From an uncultured Bacteroidales bacterium (GTDB taxonomy: Bacteria > Bacteroidota > Bacteroidia > Bacteroidales > JAGOPY01): a DNA stretch of 20,262 nt. The notes beneath the pieces were generated by a model. The model was not told where the DNA came from, did not search any database, and saw nothing but the letters and a program-made list of their open reading frames with translations. A program made the translations under genes and the position numbers. This document shows positions 17,882 to 20,262 of this stretch, one piece after another. The stretch spans positions 1 to 20,262 of the forward strand of contig CAZXWD010000057.1 in NCBI GenBank assembly GCA_964644135.1, written 5' to 3'. How positions within the stretch are numbered: the first letter of the stretch is position 1; each line of letters begins with the position of its first letter.

Positions 17882-18388
17882 CTAAGATCTTTTGTAGCTA
17901 TCAAGGGCCTTTTTCAACCTGCCGGCGATATTTCTTTTCAGCCTTTGCGGAGAAATGACCATGACCCCGTCGCCAAGCCCCAGGATCTCCTTTTCAAGTT
18001 CATAATTTAACTGCACCTCAATTTCAAATGTTATGCCCTTACTATCCTTTGCAACAACTTTCTGACTGTGGTGCAACGGTTTGGTAACGACATACTGTGC
18101 ATGCTTATGGGTTACGAAAAGCCTCACCTTATCGGGCTCCTGGTCCGGGTTTACAGTTACCCCTATCACATCCCTGAAATATTCCTCCGGATCAAAATCC
18201 TCCCTTGTAATGAACGGGATGGCGGAAGGCTGGATATCCACGATCCGGTCGAGTGCAAGGGTCAGTACCGGGTCATCCTCCGTTTTAACACCTATCAGGA
18301 ACCACCTGTTCCTGAATTCCTTTAAAAGGTAAGGATGGAAATTGAACGACCTGGGCGACCGGGCTTTGAAAGATTGATAGTTGATCAT
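17882..18388 (-). pseudogene. WYL-domain regulator fragment (WYL plus C-terminal domain; N-terminal HTH missing)
   Basis: 168-aa ORF starts inside the WYL domain (YQSFKA...FHPYLLKEFRNRWFLIG...LALDRI). An in-frame stop lies 10 codons upstream of the Met, and the adjacent frames hold no HTH. Confidence 0.55.
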
Positions 18389-18495
18389 TACAGGCTTTTG
18401 CTGAATGCAAAAAGATTACGCACCCATTGCAGATTTTTGCCGCGACGTTCTGAAAAATAGCAGAATTCATTGATTGATATTTTATTAAGGAAAGT

Positions 18496-18503
18496 TATAT
18501 TTG
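18496..18503 (+). promoter_or_regulatory. Bacteroidota-type -7 promoter box (TAtaTTTG)
   Basis: Perfect match to TAnnTTTG. A TTG lies ~20 nt upstream, and an ATG sits 6 nt downstream at 18509. Confidence 0.4.
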
Positions 18504-18508
18504 CAGCG

Positions 18509-18595
18509 ATGAAAAAAATGATCCACAAATACCGTTCACTCCTAAATGGACAAGCGCCAGTTTTTGGTGGCCGATATAAATACCGGGATGGATAG
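18509..18595 (+). other. 28-codon ORF (MKKMIHKYRSLLNGQAPVFGGRYKYRDG) within a ~150-nt candidate small transcript
   Basis: It sits between a consensus promoter box and a strong intrinsic terminator. It is too short to appear in the ORF track, and whether it is coding or part of an sRNA is unresolved. Confidence 0.25.
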
Positions 18596-18627
18596 TTGTA
18601 TCTTTTAATATTGCTTTAAGAGGTTAC

Positions 18628-18658
18628 ATCCCGGTCCGTTGGATCGGGATTTTTTTTT
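18628..18658 (+). terminator. strong rho-independent terminator (plus strand)
   Basis: AUCCCGGUCC-guu-GGAUCGGGAU is a 10-bp stem with one G-U pair, followed directly by T9. Confidence 0.75.
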
Positions 18659-19080
18659 GGGATTGCGTCAACGCAGGAGAGTTGAGCCGGTCTGTAAAAC
18701 TGGTGCAAAACGCTTAGCAGGTTCGATTCCTGCCGTACATTAGGCGTACGAAGCCAAATTGGTGAGGCAATGGACAGTTAATCCATTCCCGGACTACAAA
18801 TCCGGGACCTGAAGCTGATCACTTCTGAAAATGATCGGAGGGAACAGCCGGGAGCATGCCGGTCCTTTTCAGCTTGCTGGGAAAGACAGTCGGAAGCCGG
18901 CCGGAGCAAGGGGATACCGCCTGTGTGCAACTGCTTGCTTTCTGAAACATGAATTTTTGACCGACCGGGGCCCACGGGCTCCGTGACAGATAAAAGGAGA
19001 TGCTTGAGAAACCAACCGGAGAATCCGGGCTTAACCGCGCTTCCGCCAGCTGAAGATGGCAGGCCCCCGACGCTCCCTTT
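18659..19080 (+). ncRNA. candidate structured ncRNA of unassigned class, with a tRNA-like 5' module
   Basis: A ~420-nt stretch that is clearly GC-richer than its flanks and has no ORF of 60 aa or more on the plus strand. Positions 18668-18733 fold as a D-arm-like hairpin, an anticodon-like arm (CCGGU-CUGUAAA-ACUGG with GUA in anticodon position), a 13-nt variable region and a canonical T-arm (GCAGG-UUCGAUU-CCUGC). The flanking 7-mers (GGGAUUG / CGUACAU) cannot form an acceptor stem. Several further GC hairpins follow (e.g. GGGGCC-cacg-GGCUCC at ~18967-18982). Strand and exact ends are uncertain. Confidence 0.35.
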
Positions 19081-19143
19081 TTAAAAAGAAAATTTTGATC
19101 ATTCAAAATATATTGAGCAACAATTATTAACCAAACAAAAAGA

Positions 19144-20247
19144 GTGATGAAGAAAGTAAGAATTAACACCGGAACCGTAGGGTTAGTCTACAGGAAGGAT
19201 AACTATAAGAGGGTATTGACTGAAGGTACCTACTTCTTGTCTCCCTGCGACAAAGTTGTAAAGTACGACATGGCTATGCCCTTCGTACCTTACACAGAAT
19301 TGAACATCCTGTTGAGGGATGAAAAACTGGCAGAACTGTTGACTGTAGTGAAAGTGGCAGATAACGAGATCGCATTGAAATATGAAGACGGTATCTTCAA
19401 GGGGGTCCTGACTCCCGGAAAGTACGCCTACTTCAAGGGAGTGATCGACTACACCTTCATAAATGTCGACCTGGGCAGGATCAGGATTCCTGAGAGCATC
19501 GACAAGACCATTTTGCAGAAGGCTGCTTTGGTAAATTATATCAGGGCATATGTGGTAGAATCCTATGAAAAGGGTATCATGTTCGTCGACGGAAAGTTCG
19601 AGAGGATATTGGACCCCGGGGTCTACTACTACTTCAAGAATGCAATTCCTATTACAGTCTTGAAGGCCGATATGAGGCAGTTGCAGATGGAGGTCAGCGG
19701 ACAGGAGATCCTGACCAGGGATAAGGCAGCTTTGAGGGTCAACTTCTACGCCCAGTACAAAGTAAAGGATGTAGAAAAGGCCCTGGTAGATGCCAAAGAC
19801 TACGAAAAGCAGTTGTATATCCTGTTGCAGTTAGCTTTGAGGGAATATATCGGGATGTTCACCCTGGATGAAATGCTGGAAAAGAAGGAGTCTGTATCCG
19901 GAAGCATCCTGGCATCCATCAGGGAAGCTGCAGAGAAGATCGGGGTCGAAGTATCTGAATGCGGTATCAGGGATATCATCTTGCCCGGCGAGGTAAAGGA
20001 TATCATGAACCAGGTACTGATCGCAGAGAAAAAGGCCCAGGCAAACACTATCACGAGGAGGGAGGAAACTGCCTCTACCAGGAGCTTGCTGAACACCGCC
20101 AAATTGATGGAAGACAACGGAATGTTGTTCAAGTTGAAGGAGATGGAGTACGTTGAGAAGATCGCAGATAAGATCAACAGCATCTCTGTAGCCGGCGGCA
20201 ACCAGATAGTAGACCAGTTGAGGGATATCTTCTCCCCCGGTAAATAA
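19144..20247 (+). CDS. SPFH/band-7 (stomatin-prohibitin-flotillin-HflK/C) domain protein with a triplicated N-terminal motif
   Basis: 367-aa ORF. The C-terminal two thirds are a typical SPFH domain plus coiled-coil (EILTRDKAALRVNFYAQYKV...LALREYIGMFTLDEML...IRDIILPGEVKDIMNQVLIAEKKAQA). The N-terminal ~170 aa carry three copies of a G.Y..G(I/V).....L.PG.Y.(F/Y) motif. No TM helix is predicted. Confidence 0.85.
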   Translation: MMKKVRINTGTVGLVYRKDNYKRVLTEGTYFLSPCDKVVKYDMAMPFVPYTELNILLRDEKLAELLTVVKVADNEIALKYEDGIFKGVLTPGKYAYFKGVIDYTFINVDLGRIRIPESIDKTILQKAALVNYIRAYVVESYEKGIMFVDGKFERILDPGVYYYFKNAIPITVLKADMRQLQMEVSGQEILTRDKAALRVNFYAQYKVKDVEKALVDAKDYEKQLYILLQLALREYIGMFTLDEMLEKKESVSGSILASIREAAEKIGVEVSECGIRDIILPGEVKDIMNQVLIAEKKAQANTITRREETASTRSLLNTAKLMEDNGMLFKLKEMEYVEKIADKINSISVAGGNQIVDQLRDIFSPGK

Positions 20248-20262
20248 TCAATCAGCCCCCCG

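Noticed and set aside
18659-18740. Functional tRNA-Tyr(GUA) gene
   Set aside because: The D-like, anticodon, variable and T arms are all present, but the 7-nt strands that should form the acceptor stem (GGGAUUG / CGUACAU) are not complementary. It is therefore reported as a tRNA-like module or pseudo-tRNA, not a tRNA.
18659-19080. Bacterial RNase P RNA (rnpB), suggested by CCGGAGCAAGG and AAUCCGGGCUUA, which resemble the P15 loop and the P4 3' strand
   Set aside because: The other universally conserved type-A modules (GGAAAGUCCGGGC 5' P4 strand in the right position, GGGUGAAA..GGUG, GGUAAGAGCGCACC, CAAAUAGGG) are absent. No P1 pairing exists between the ends, and the order of the motif-like pieces does not follow RNase P topology.
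18659-19080. tmRNA (ssrA), suggested by the T-arm GGUUCGAUUCC
   Set aside because: The T-arm is near the 5' end of the block rather than at a 3' end followed by an acceptor strand and CCA. There is no GGGG-initiated acceptor partner, and no reading frame ends in an ALAA-type tag.
1-20262. CRISPR arrays, IS elements, integrases, rRNA or canonical tRNA genes
   Set aside because: No regularly spaced direct repeats were seen, nor transposase- or integrase-like ORFs, nor terminal inverted repeats flanking a gene block. The only tRNA-like sequence is the defective cloverleaf discussed above.

Overview
The window looks like a chromosomal segment from a Bacteroidota genome. Three secreted proteins end in T9SS-type C-terminal sorting domains, TAnnTTTG -7 promoter boxes sit in front of genes, and there are two ECF sigma / anti-sigma modules. 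Most genes lie on the minus strand. Recognisable content: a cysE-cysK cysteine-biosynthesis operon; a secreted DUF3179 protein; an archaeal-type AAA ATPase with a DUF234 domain; a CDGSH-domain glutamate-synthase-family gene broken by a single frameshift; an alpha/beta-hydrolase-OsmC fusion; a DoxX-DUF427 pair behind an ECF sigma factor; a cluster of T9SS cargo proteins with a DJ-1/PfpI lipoprotein; a second ECF sigma / zinc-finger anti-sigma / LTXXQ (CpxP/Spy-like) operon next to a cysteine-rich secreted mini-protein; and an SPFH/band-7 protein. The window also shows marked gene decay: four truncated gene remnants (alanine racemase, TauE/SafE transporter, aldo-keto reductase, WYL regulator) and the frameshifted GltS-like gene. 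The most unusual stretch is the 670-bp intergenic region at 18.47-19.14 kb. It holds a short transcription unit (consensus promoter, 28-codon ORF, strong intrinsic terminator). This is followed by a ~420-nt ORF-free region with a near-complete tRNA-Tyr-like cloverleaf that lacks acceptor-stem pairing, making it a candidate structured ncRNA of unassigned class. All calls rest on reading the sequence and translations by eye. No database search was run.
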